This document shows positions 51,901 through 60,630 of a stretch of DNA of 64,000 nucleotides, piece by piece. A model generated the notes under the pieces. It saw only the letters and a list, made by a program, of their open reading frames with translations. It had not been told where the DNA came from and ran no database searches. Origin of the DNA: an uncultured Lentisphaeria bacterium (GTDB lineage Bacteria > Fidelibacterota > UBA8477 > JABMPR01); assembly GCA_964508765.1 (NCBI GenBank), contig CAZDVD010000007.1, positions 13,262 through 77,261 on the forward strand. Direction: 5' to 3'. Positions within the stretch are counted from its first letter, which is position 1; each line of letters starts with the position of its first letter. A program made the translations under genes and the position numbers.

Positions 51901-54900
51901 GTCTGGTCGCTGTTGCCAATACTGACGATAGCTTTACGAGCTCCTGTTCCAAAGGGATTAAACTCAACAGTGAAGGCTACCGAACTATAGGGGGCCACTA
52001 GTGTAGCCGGGTTGGCGATAACAGTAAAATCACCTGGGTGATCTTCTAGTGGAGTAGCTAGTGGATCACTTGTAATTAAGATTGTGGGGTTGTGGCCAAG
52101 TACCAAATCATCACTACCCGTATTATACACCACAAATTCTTGGGTGGCAGTAAGGCCACCGATAACTTCAACATTACCGAAATCAGTACCATCAGCACTT
52201 GATGGCGAAGGGTCTCCATCGGAAATCACTTGCATATTTCCCTTAACACTCATCTCAGATTGAGAGGTTGGATCATATATACCCGTTCCCTCGATGGTAA
52301 ATGTATAGGGATTTTCATCAGCATCATTGTTTTGGATGGTCAACGTGGCCGTGCGGATTCCCAGAGCAAAGGGTGTAAAGGTGACCTCAAAACTGGTTGT
52401 CGCACTATCAATAGCAATAGAATTAGATGGTATCGAAGTAATGGTGAATTCAGAGGCATTTGTGCCTGAAAAGTCGACATAAGGAGGTGGTCCCGTCAAA
52501 CTCAAGGCAGCATAGCCAATATTTCGAATAACAAAAGTAGCCGTGGCTGGCACGCCTGAAATTTCAGCTGTCCCCATATCCGTAAAGTCGCCACTCATGG
52601 GGAAAATGTCCCCGGATTCAATGACCAGGTTATTTCCCAAAACCTCAATTTCTTCATCGAGGGTTGAGGTGCCAACACCTTGAACAGCAAAACTAAAGGG
52701 GCTCTCGTCAGTATCATCACTGGCAATAAGCACGATGGCCTGTCTTACCCCAGTAGTTGTTGGGTCAAAAGAAACCTGAAAAGTGACCGATCCAGCTGGT
52801 GTTACTGTCGAGCTCCCAGGCTGCTGTGAAACAACAAAGTCACCAGCGTTGGCGCCGGATATCTGGACGATGGGCAAACCAGTTAGAGACAGGGCGCCAG
52901 AACCGACATTCCAAATGGTGAATGAATGGGCGAGAGGTGCAGCAAAAATATCTCTATTCCCAAAGTCTGTCAGATCGCTGGTCGAAGGCGAATCGTTACC
53001 ATCGGCTATATTGTTCAAATTTCCCTGCAAGACAATTTCAGGCACAGACGTTCCTGTTCCCTGGACATCAAAAGTGAAGGGGTTCTCGTCTGGATCACTA
53101 TTTGAAATTGAAATCGTGGCAACTCGCAATCCAACAGCAGTCGGGTCAAATTGAACCGTAAACGTGGTAGAGCCACTTGAAGCTACTGGTGTTGCTGGAG
53201 CCGAAGTGATGGAGAAATCACCAGGGTTGGTGCCGCCAATAATAACTAGGGGTCCTCCCGTTAAGTTGAGAGTTGCTGCCCCTGTGTTCTGTATGGTGAA
53301 CACAGTACTGTTAGTGCCCGTATCAATATCATAACTGCCAAAGTCTGTATCATCTGAAGCAGATGGCGTGTTGTCACCAGAGACGATGTTTTGTCCGTTG
53401 CCCTGAATTGCAATTTCGGGCGCAATTCCGGTTCCCTGAATATCAAAATCATAGGGGTTCTCACCGGGGTCATTGCTTGATATGGAGACAATGGCTGACC
53501 GGAGTCCGTTGTCGCTTGGATCAAAAGTGATCGTAAAGGTTGTGGGGCTACCGGAGGAAATTGTTGTGGCCGGTGCCGAGGTAACGATAAAATCTGAAGC
53601 ATGTGTTCCAGAAATTTCAACAATGGGCGAGCCGTTTAAGGTCAGAACTGCTGCACCAGAAGTGTTTGCAACGGTGAAGGTTACCGTCACATCGCCACTA
53701 GCAGCGGACACTGAGCCAAAATCTGTAGAGTCAGATGTACTTGGAGATGTATCACCATCCACAATTTCAGTACTATTGCCTGAAACACTGATATCAGGTG
53801 TGGCAGTTTGAGTCATACCAGCATCAATAGAAGTATTAAAGGTGTTGGTGCTTACTGTGAATTGATCAGAGATTCCAGTTGTTGCGTTCACATCACTGTC
53901 AACATCATCATTGGCGCCGGAGTTTTGGGAGACAAACTGATAACCTCCGGGCAGGTTGCTAACTATGATTCTGTAGTTAGCAGGAGAAACAAACTTGAAG
54001 CAATATTTACCATAAGCATCTGATGTGGTTGCATCAATCACGTTGCTGGTATTGGCGGCATCAACGAGTTGGACCGTGACACCAGGAACTCCAGGCTCCC
54101 CATAATCCTGATCACCATTGTTGTTGAGATCGTCCCAAATAAAATCACCTACTCCTGTTGACTTATAACCGGCGTCCTGGCCTTCTTCAATGAGACCAAC
54201 ACCAACAAAGAAATTTGCAGTCTTGCCAGTGGTAGGATCTGGATCACTGTCATTTACATCATCTCCGCCCTGATTTTGGAGTGTGAGTGTACAACCTGCC
54301 GGGGCATTGGTGAAATGGAGATAGTATTCAGAAGGCTCTAAACTGGTAAAGGAGTATGCTCCATTTTGGTCTGTGACCGTAGAGGCAATTAAGGAATTAT
54401 CAATACCGTACAAATCAATTGTAATACCGGGTGCGCCAGGCTCATTTGCATCCTGAATTCCATCTGCATCGCTATCAACCCAGACAAAGTCACCGATACT
54501 ACCCGTGGAAGGAAGGGGCGCCGGAACCAAAGGACAAGATGCACCGTCAGATTTGTTTAAGTCAGCTTCACCCTGACCTACATAGATACTTAATCCAGAA
54601 GGGTCAATCTTGTACATTTTTCCGCTTTGACTATTGGTAGTAAACAGATAACCATCGCTTGCGGTCCACGCAGCGCCATAGTAGGCGCTATTAATATTAT
54701 TGATGAAATCGTCACTTAACCTTCCAGTAATGGGAGTGACGGTTACGGCGTTGGTGTTCGGGTTATACTGATAAAGGTCGGCATTTTGTATCCCGTAAAA
54801 ATTTCCATCTGCATCCAGATAGGCCATGTCGATAGGCAGCCAGGTAGCACCGGAAGTTGTCTGGGTTGTTATAATGCCCGTGCTGGCATCAAAAATACCT

Positions 54901-57900
54901 ATTGTACCACCAGAGGCATCCCAGAAATACATATTACCCAGAACATCAAAATCGGCTCTCCAGGACAAAAATGGTATGGTTACCGACAATACCTCAATAT
55001 TATAATTGCCATCAATACGGACAATATTATCTCCTGGTACATCACCATCCTGCTCAAAAGCATAGAGCATCCCATCTTCAAGGTTGTAGCCAACGCCATT
55101 GATAGAATATGTAGCACTGGTGGCGATGTTATAAACATATGGGTTAACCGTTGCGTCCATGGCGGCGATATCACCTTCATTACCCCAGATATGGAAAAAT
55201 CGGGATATACAAGGGAAAGGCGTTCCCTCTGTCTTTCCATATCCTGTCAGCCAAAACGTATAGGGGTCCTCATTGATGTCGTTATTCGCAATGGAAACGG
55301 AGACATTGCGGACACCTGTCTGGGCTGGATCAAACTCTATGGTGAAATCAGAACTGCCTCCAGCGGGAATGGAAGATGATGGCATGCTCGTAACCGTGAA
55401 TTCTCCAGTGGCATCGCCACCCAATGCTACGCCGCTGGATAGATCCAGCGTTGAATCACCAGTATTGTATATAGTGTAAGTCGCATATGCTTTCACCAAA
55501 ACAGGATGAACATCCCCAAAATCAGTACTGTCTGAAAGACTGGGTGTGGTGTCGCCACTATAAATGATTTGGTTGTTGCCTCGAACCTCTATTTCTGGAT
55601 AGGACAAACCAAAACCCACAATATCAAAAGTATATGGGTTTTCATCACCATCGTTGTTTTCAATATTTACCACAGCTGTCCGCAATCCTGCAGCAGAAGG
55701 ATTGAAAGAAAAATTAAAAGGCACACTGCCGGAAGGAGCAACGGGTGAGCTTGGTTGAAGCGTAATTGAAAAGTCTGAAGCATTAGGACCAGAAAGCGTT
55801 ACCAGGGGTAAACTGGTTAAAATTAAATCCTCGGTGCCTGTGTTGCTTATCATAAAAGTTTGGGAAAGCGTGCCGCTTGTAATAGAAGTTGACCCAAAAT
55901 CAGTTCCGTCTGAGTTTTCTGGGTTGCTATCACCATTGCTAATACTAATCAAATTTCCTTGCACATCAATCTCATTGAGGGAGGCACCACTACTAATTCC
56001 TGTACCTTGAATTGCAAAGGCATAAATCCCCTCATCCAGATCATCATTTAGAATAGTCAAGGTGGCTGAACGCGTGCCTGAAGTGAGTGGATCGAATGCA
56101 ACCTGAAAGCTTGTGCTTCCACTAGAGGCGATGGGAGTGCTGGGAGCGCTCGCGAGACTAAAGTCACCTGCATGGGTGCCACTGATGGCCACCAGTGGCC
56201 AGGAGTCGGTGAGATTTAGTGGAGCGGGACCTGTATTCTCAATGGTGTAGGTTACGATGTGTGTTGTGCCACCAACCAGGGCGGATCCAAATTCCGTGGA
56301 ATCACTGGTTGAAGGTGATGAAGCTCCATTGGCGATGGAACGACCACTACCCTGAATATCAATTTCAGGGTTGATTGTTCCTGTTCCTCGTATCGCAAAA
56401 GTATAAGGACTCTCGTCGGCATCATCATTGGTTATGGAAACCGATGCCTGGCGTAATCCAGTTGTAGGCGGATCAAAAGTGATCTGGAAAGTTTGTGTTC
56501 CACCCTGAGCAGCAACCGTCGCCGATGCAGGTTGTTGGCTTACAGTAAAGTCCGAGGCTTGGGTTCCAAAAACGGTAACATAGGGAGGTCCAGTGAGGGT
56601 TAAATCTCCAGATCCAGAATTGGCAATAGTAAAAGTGCTTACCGTGAAACCACCATTGTTAACATCTGTGTCTCCAAAATCAGAATGGTTGACCAGTGAA
56701 GTTGATGTGGTTCCGTCAGCAATTGAGACGCTATTTCCAGACACATCCATTTCAGGTGTTACTGATCCAGTTCCTTGAATGGCAAAAGTATAGGGGTTTT
56801 CATCATCATCATTATTGTCTATTGAAACCACGGCATTACGATTCCCGGCGATACTGGGATCAAACTGGATGACAAAATCATCAGAACTAGAAATGCCTAT
56901 GGTTGCACTGGGTTGCGTTGTAACGGTGAAGTCTGATACTGCGTCTCCAGAAATTAAAACGGTGCCCAGGTATAGATTGCCGCCACCAGTGTTGCTGATT
57001 GTAAAGGTATGATTAACGCTTCCCGTGACAATATCTGCACTGCCAAAGTAAGAGTTATCTGAAACACTGGGAGTGCTGTCATTACTATAGATTGTGTTGC
57101 CATTGCCAATCAGGCTCATTTCTGGTGGCGGGACACCTTCGCCCTGAATCGAAAAGGTGTAAGGGTTTTCATTGGAATCATTGTTGTCAATTGTTACCAG
57201 GGCTGATCGAGAGCCAATGGCTGACGGATCGAACTCGATAACAAAGGTGCTGATTCCACCGCCGGCAACAGGACTTGAGGGTTGTGATGTCACAGTAAAG
57301 TCTGAAGCGTGGGTGCCGCTAATGGCTACAGCAGGAGAACCGCTGAGCACCAGGTTTGGATCACCATCATTGAATATGGTAAATGTATGGGAGCTTGTAC
57401 CTGAGGTATAGGAAAGACTATCAAAATCAGTATCGTCAGTGGTTGTGGGAGTGGCATCTCCATTTGGAATAGAGTTGCTATTCCCTTGAATGTCAATTTC
57501 AACTGGCAGGTAAATACCAGCATCGACGTGGGTAATGGTAGTATTTCTTGTGGTGGTGTAAGCGATGGTGGCACCCGTGGAAGGGTTGGCATCACTATCG
57601 ATATTGTCATTTGTCCCTTGATCTTGAGGACTAAAGAGGTATCCAGAAGATAAACCGCTGAAAGTTGCGCTGTAGGTTTTATTCTGTCTTAGGTCGGCGC
57701 TTATCCAGGAGCCATCACTGGCAGTGGTTGTAGTTGCGTTGTACGTGATACTCACGCCAATAATCGTTACAGTAATTCCCGAGACAGCGACTTCGCCGGC
57801 ATCCTGTATTCCATTTGCATTTGAATCAATCCAAACATTTCCACCCAGGTATTCTGCTGCCTGAACGGCCCCGGGAAAAAACAGGGAAAACAATACCACA

Positions 57901-57998
57901 AAAAGCAGTGGTATCCCCTTTTTTGCATTAAACACACTGGACAAAACTCTCAATGAAAGTGCTGTCTTGGTAGAATGATTAGCTTGATAAAACGTCAT
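48903..57998 (-). CDS. Giant secreted repeat protein (3031 aa), adhesin-like
   Basis: Signal peptide, five SdrD-B/CnaB-like domains, 16 Ig-like modules of about 125 aa, a unique central domain and a C-terminal DUF11-like domain. Confidence 0.85.
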   Translation of the reverse strand: MTFYQANHSTKTALSLRVLSSVFNAKKGIPLLFVVLFSLFFPGAVQAAEYLGGNVWIDSNANGIQDAGEVAVSGITVTIIGVSITYNATTTTASDGSWISADLRQNKTYSATFSGLSSGYLFSPQDQGTNDNIDSDANPSTGATIAYTTTRNTTITHVDAGIYLPVEIDIQGNSNSIPNGDATPTTTDDTDFDSLSYTSGTSSHTFTIFNDGDPNLVLSGSPAVAISGTHASDFTVTSQPSSPVAGGGISTFVIEFDPSAIGSRSALVTIDNNDSNENPYTFSIQGEGVPPPEMSLIGNGNTIYSNDSTPSVSDNSYFGSADIVTGSVNHTFTISNTGGGNLYLGTVLISGDAVSDFTVTTQPSATIGISSSDDFVIQFDPSIAGNRNAVVSIDNNDDDENPYTFAIQGTGSVTPEMDVSGNSVSIADGTTSTSLVNHSDFGDTDVNNGGFTVSTFTIANSGSGDLTLTGPPYVTVFGTQASDFTVSQQPASATVAAQGGTQTFQITFDPPTTGLRQASVSITNDDADESPYTFAIRGTGTINPEIDIQGSGRSIANGASSPSTSDSTEFGSALVGGTTHIVTYTIENTGPAPLNLTDSWPLVAISGTHAGDFSLASAPSTPIASSGSTSFQVAFDPLTSGTRSATLTILNDDLDEGIYAFAIQGTGISSGASLNEIDVQGNLISISNGDSNPENSDGTDFGSTSITSGTLSQTFMISNTGTEDLILTSLPLVTLSGPNASDFSITLQPSSPVAPSGSVPFNFSFNPSAAGLRTAVVNIENNDGDENPYTFDIVGFGLSYPEIEVRGNNQIIYSGDTTPSLSDSTDFGDVHPVLVKAYATYTIYNTGDSTLDLSSGVALGGDATGEFTVTSMPSSSIPAGGSSDFTIEFDPAQTGVRNVSVSIANNDINEDPYTFWLTGYGKTEGTPFPCISRFFHIWGNEGDIAAMDATVNPYVYNIATSATYSINGVGYNLEDGMLYAFEQDGDVPGDNIVRIDGNYNIEVLSVTIPFLSWRADFDVLGNMYFWDASGGTIGIFDASTGIITTQTTSGATWLPIDMAYLDADGNFYGIQNADLYQYNPNTNAVTVTPITGRLSDDFINNINSAYYGAAWTASDGYLFTTNSQSGKMYKIDPSGLSIYVGQGEADLNKSDGASCPLVPAPLPSTGSIGDFVWVDSDADGIQDANEPGAPGITIDLYGIDNSLIASTVTDQNGAYSFTSLEPSEYYLHFTNAPAGCTLTLQNQGGDDVNDSDPDPTTGKTANFFVGVGLIEEGQDAGYKSTGVGDFIWDDLNNNGDQDYGEPGVPGVTVQLVDAANTSNVIDATTSDAYGKYCFKFVSPANYRIIVSNLPGGYQFVSQNSGANDDVDSDVNATTGISDQFTVSTNTFNTSIDAGMTQTATPDISVSGNSTEIVDGDTSPSTSDSTDFGSVSAASGDVTVTFTVANTSGAAVLTLNGSPIVEISGTHASDFIVTSAPATTISSGSPTTFTITFDPSDNGLRSAIVSISSNDPGENPYDFDIQGTGIAPEIAIQGNGQNIVSGDNTPSASDDTDFGSYDIDTGTNSTVFTIQNTGAATLNLTGGPLVIIGGTNPGDFSITSAPATPVASSGSTTFTVQFDPTAVGLRVATISISNSDPDENPFTFDVQGTGTSVPEIVLQGNLNNIADGNDSPSTSDLTDFGNRDIFAAPLAHSFTIWNVGSGALSLTGLPIVQISGANAGDFVVSQQPGSSTVTPAGSVTFQVSFDPTTTGVRQAIVLIASDDTDESPFSFAVQGVGTSTLDEEIEVLGNNLVIESGDIFPMSGDFTDMGTAEISGVPATATFVIRNIGYAALSLTGPPPYVDFSGTNASEFTITSIPSNSIAIDSATTSFEVTFTPFALGIRTATLTIQNNDADENPYTFTIEGTGIYDPTSQSEMSVKGNMQVISDGDPSPSSADGTDFGNVEVIGGLTATQEFVVYNTGSDDLVLGHNPTILITSDPLATPLEDHPGDFTVIANPATLVAPYSSVAFTVEFNPFGTGARKAIVSIGNSDQTAGRDPYTFAIQGIGVTTPEMSVSGNGVTITNGDASPGVSDSTNFGDVDITTGLQFVTYTINNSGNTDLRVTIDSISFSGVHAADFSVTSAPVSSIATGNSAPFVIQFDPSSIGVRTATISIANNDPDENPYVFDIQGNGTSPSDGVIGNMVWLDNDGDGVQDAGEDAMAGITVSLFDSGDNSIGSVLSGSDGSYAFEGLASGDYYLTFTNPPTGFSLTQMDQGGDNALDSDADPANSGKTATFSLGISATDNTRDAGFIATGIGDFVWLDSDEDGLQDVGESGVPGIDVEIKIDGGASVATTTTDAAGYFSFTGLTPQTYRLYFTGLAAGYVFTTQDAGADDFIDSDINSSTGESDALVISSNIFTSSIDVGVYQQAEPEISIRGNGVLIVDGDNTPSASDFTDFGSTDAQVDSVIHSFKIYNGNGATLTLNGTPKVSLSGTNASDFYVLTEPSETVPSNDSTSFEICFIPDTEGLKAATVTIYNTDSDENPFTFDIRGNGLASEIEVKGNDNVIVTGDNTPAATDFTDFGSEDILTGSQAQIFSILNTGNADLVLSNPSTYVSITGDNAADFAVTSVPATPIATNNSTSFTITFDPNGDGLRQAIVSIANNDLDEDPYSFTIQGLGLATPEISVFGNGESIADGDNAPISTDNTDFDSKDILAATQENTFYLKNTGSGVLTLSGTPLVVLSGTHAGDFLVSSQPAASSVAPGDSVAFTITFNPTAVGLRTASLSIANDDDDENPFDFSIQGTGIASPELNILGNGVSIANEDVAPSVADSTIFEDTILDSSSWVSYTIENTGSAVLTLTGGSPYIFVSGAHASDFTLTLVPQATISAGGGTTDFTIKFTPSGEGVRTATISIASDDEDDNPYTFSISGTALPMPEPLLEMILYVNGEEGTVSAPGDTLTYTVYYWNSGVGIAKSVVIDEAIPVQTTYVENSAAGTGMTITFQHETVNEYNSSQTAPVTGIRYELTTDLASDPDGNDQKTLSFRVVVD
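49265..50770 (-). repeat. Tandem repeat block 3: four copies of the same roughly 125-aa module
   Basis: Copies begin at EPEISIRGN, SEIEVKGN, TPEISVFGN and SPELNILGN. A DUF11-like C-terminal domain follows (APGDTLTYTVYYWNSG...). Confidence 0.7.
51485..53815 (-). repeat. Tandem repeat block 2: six copies of the same roughly 125-aa module
   Basis: Copies begin at TPDISVSGN, APEIAIQGN, VPEIVLQGN, DEEIEVLGN, SEMSVKGN and TPEMSVSGN. Confidence 0.7.
55225..57505 (-). repeat. Tandem repeat block 1: six copies of the roughly 125-aa Ig-like module (ASH / choice-of-anchor-D-like, tentative)
   Basis: Module consensus PE[IM]x[VI]xGNxxxIxxGDxxPSxSDxTDFG...FTIxNTGxxxLxL...ISGxxASDFxVTSxP...FxIxFDPxxxGxRxAxVxIxNNDxDENPYTFxIQGTG. 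Copies begin at PVEIDIQGN, PPEMSLIGN, TPEMDVSGN, NPEIDIQGS, LNEIDVQGN and YPEIEVRGN. Confidence 0.7.
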
Positions 57999-58453
57999 AT
58001 TATTCAGGATCCAGTTTCGTTGCTGAGGGTAAATTTTTGTTTGGTATGGCTATGCGATAAGCTGGGAGCATCATGTTTATAGATTGGCACAACAGCAGGA
58101 AAAATAAAAACAATTTTGTTAAATATTCTCTTCATAACTTCCTTTATATATGTCAAAGGTCATGCCAGTGGAATACTAGCGAGTTAAAACTATAATAATA
58201 TATACGTTAGGTGGTGTTATTATAGCGTCACACAAAAGGGTTGTGGCAGGAAAATCTGACGTGTTTTTTCGATTTGTAATATTATGGAGACAGTAAATGA
58301 CAAAAGCAATCAACGGAAGAGAGGTGATGTTTACCAGGCAACTTGATAAATAGGGCAGAGAGTTAAAGCTATTGACAGGGAAATGATTGTAGGAATTCAA
58401 ACGTGGCCATGGGAAAACAGGTGGTTGAATTATACGGTGTCTTCTACCAAAAG

Positions 58454-58813
58454 TCAGCTGATCCCAAGACGCTTCTGCTCTTTTTTACTCATGCTCTTCA
58501 CCACCAGAAGATAGGAATCATCAATGAGTTTTTTTACGAGATCAACCTCTAGACTTCCATCAAGAATGACCGTATTCCAGTGGTCTTTGTTCATGTGATA
58601 ACCTGGGATGATTGCTTTGAAATGAGACCGCAAAATTTGAGCATCATCAGGATCACATTTGAGATTTATTGAAAGAGGGTTTGCATGCAGACTCACTAGG
58701 GCAAACATCTTTTTCACCACCTTGAATACTGGCGTTTTATCATCAAAGGGAAAGCTTAAAGAAGCTTCGTTAAAAGCCAACAGGACGGCTTCAAGTTCTT
58801 CATATTTCATCAA
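58454..58813 (-). CDS. MmcQ/YjbR family DNA-binding protein
   Basis: 119 aa matching the YjbR-like pattern (FPFDDKTPVFKV..KMFALVS...KCDPD...NKDHWNTV). Confidence 0.55.
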   Translation of the reverse strand: MMKYEELEAVLLAFNEASLSFPFDDKTPVFKVVKKMFALVSLHANPLSINLKCDPDDAQILRSHFKAIIPGYHMNKDHWNTVILDGSLEVDLVKKLIDDSYLLVVKSMSKKEQKRLGIS

Positions 58814-59478
58814 GTGGATTCCTTTTCGTGATGAACGAGATACATGAAGCGATCCAGCTTTCGCTTGTCCAGTTTTCCCTTTGTACGAACCCCGCTACAG
58901 AGATCGTATCCGCTGGGTCGAACTGCACGCATGGCAGCAATTATATTATCTGGATTCAGCCCACCTGCCAGCAACACAGGGGTTGCATTCGGGTCACAAA
59001 TTTTTCGACTGATACGCCAGTCATGTGTTTGGCCAGTGCCCCCCAAGGTCTTTATTTTTGCCCCAGGATTTCCAGAGTCTAGCAAGATGGTGTTAACCAG
59101 AGATTCAAAAAACAAGGCCTGTGAAATGGCGCCACTGTCCTGCACGTGAACAACCTGAAGGAGGTGTGTATCTGGGAGTGTTTTGCGGAGTTGTTGTAGC
59201 TCTTTCAGGGGGATATTATCTACCAACTGAATTCCCCAGGTTTTGACCAAATCATGCTGGTGTAAAATGTCACGACAAGACCGCTTACTGGAAAGCAAAA
59301 CTGTCCTGGTCATTTTTGGAAGCGCCTTGACAATTCTGGCAATATCACTCAGGGAGATTACACCTGGTCCACTGGGCATTTCAGAGACCAGGCCCAACAG
59401 GTCAGCACCAGCGGTAAGCGCCATTTTTGCCTCAGTTAAAGAACTGATGCAACACACTTTAACCAGGGGGCGTATCAT
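58810..59478 (-). CDS. trpF: N-(5'-phosphoribosyl)anthranilate isomerase
   Basis: VKVCCISS(L)TEA N-terminus and TIM-barrel length. The start is probably MIRPLVKV at 59478. Confidence 0.65.
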   Translation of the reverse strand: MIRPLVKVCCISSLTEAKMALTAGADLLGLVSEMPSGPGVISLSDIARIVKALPKMTRTVLLSSKRSCRDILHQHDLVKTWGIQLVDNIPLKELQQLRKTLPDTHLLQVVHVQDSGAISQALFFESLVNTILLDSGNPGAKIKTLGGTGQTHDWRISRKICDPNATPVLLAGGLNPDNIIAAMRAVRPSGYDLCSGVRTKGKLDKRKLDRFMYLVHHEKEST

Positions 59479-59628
59479 ATAAAAGTGCTCCACGTAAAAA
59501 ATGACTGCATTTTTGCTAATTGCCCAATAAGGGCATGTAATAAAGTAATATATACGCACTATTCATGTAATATTAAGGCCTAATGTACATATTATGGAAC
59601 CTAAATTTCATGAGAGAAAAGGTATTTT

Positions 59629-60621
59629 TTAGTTAAAGTGTTGCTTTAGGTGGTCTAAGAGTGGTTCTGGAAGCGTCGTTTTTACCTGGATATAATAGAT
59701 ATTCTGCGCTTCGCAAAAACCAGGATCCAGCTTGATAAAATCCTTTTGTGTGGTGATCCAATAATCACATGAATTGTTCTGAATTTCAGCTCGTTGTAAG
59801 GCTGAATATTCAGCATGATCGGGAAATGATATTTTGACGCTGGCAGCTTGATGAATGGCCTCTATATCAAAGAAAAAATGCCCTGGTTTTCCCAGGCCAG
59901 CGAAGAGTCCAAAAACGCCTTTGAGGTCACTCAGAGAATGTCTGTTTCCCCCATGATCTTGAACGTCACGATCCAGCTCAAAGAGCAGGTTGTTTTCAGT
60001 GTCCTTCTGCAGTCCGTTTTTACTGAAGACGACCATATCAGCGCGTGAAATATTGCGGGTGCTTTCTCTTAAAAAACCCCATGGCAGGAGATGTGGTTTT
60101 TGTGAGAATTGAAAATCTATGATGAGGATGTCAAGGTCACGATGCAAACGCCGATGCTGAAATCCATCATCCAGGATGATCACATCTGGTTCAAAATCAT
60201 CCTCAATAAACTGAGCGCCCCTGACCCGGTTTTCAGAGACAACCACGGGTACACCAGGAAAATTTATGGCAATCAAAAAAGGTTCATCTCCAGAATTATT
60301 GAGAGGTGTTTTTGGACCATTTTTATCTGCCACAACAACGACACCACTGGATGATCTTCCATAACCCCGGGATAAAACAGCAGGCTTTTTATCCTCGCTC
60401 AAAAAGTGTTCAAGAAGGGCTTGAACCAAGATGGTTTTGCCACTGCCTCCAGCTGAGATATTGCCCACAGAAATAACAGGAGTTTTAACCTTGTGAGTTT
60501 TAAAAAGCCCTACATCATAGCAGCGATTTCTCAACCAGATGATGAAGCCATATTTGATGGATAGCGCAACACGGAAAGGTAAAAACCAGGAGGCGCGATG
60601 GAGGTAATTTAATAGACTCAT
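59629..60621 (-). CDS. lpxK: Tetraacyldisaccharide 4'-kinase
   Basis: P-loop VISVGNISAGGSGKT and LpxK length. Confidence 0.8.
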   Translation of the reverse strand: MSLLNYLHRASWFLPFRVALSIKYGFIIWLRNRCYDVGLFKTHKVKTPVISVGNISAGGSGKTILVQALLEHFLSEDKKPAVLSRGYGRSSSGVVVVADKNGPKTPLNNSGDEPFLIAINFPGVPVVVSENRVRGAQFIEDDFEPDVIILDDGFQHRRLHRDLDILIIDFQFSQKPHLLPWGFLRESTRNISRADMVVFSKNGLQKDTENNLLFELDRDVQDHGGNRHSLSDLKGVFGLFAGLGKPGHFFFDIEAIHQAASVKISFPDHAEYSALQRAEIQNNSCDYWITTQKDFIKLDPGFCEAQNIYYIQVKTTLPEPLLDHLKQHFN

Positions 60622-60630
60622 GAGAATGGG

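Noticed and set aside
54786-55379. 197-aa plus-strand ORF antisense to the giant gene, along with other antisense ORFs at 49651-57610
   Set aside because: They are embedded in the opposite strand of a continuous high-confidence CDS, and their composition reflects the mirror of Gly/Thr/Ser-rich codons.
48903-57998. CRISPR-like regularity of nucleotide repeats across the 9-kb region
   Set aside because: The periodicity is about 375 nt and corresponds to protein-domain repeats in one uninterrupted 3031-codon ORF. There are no short direct repeats with unique spacers.
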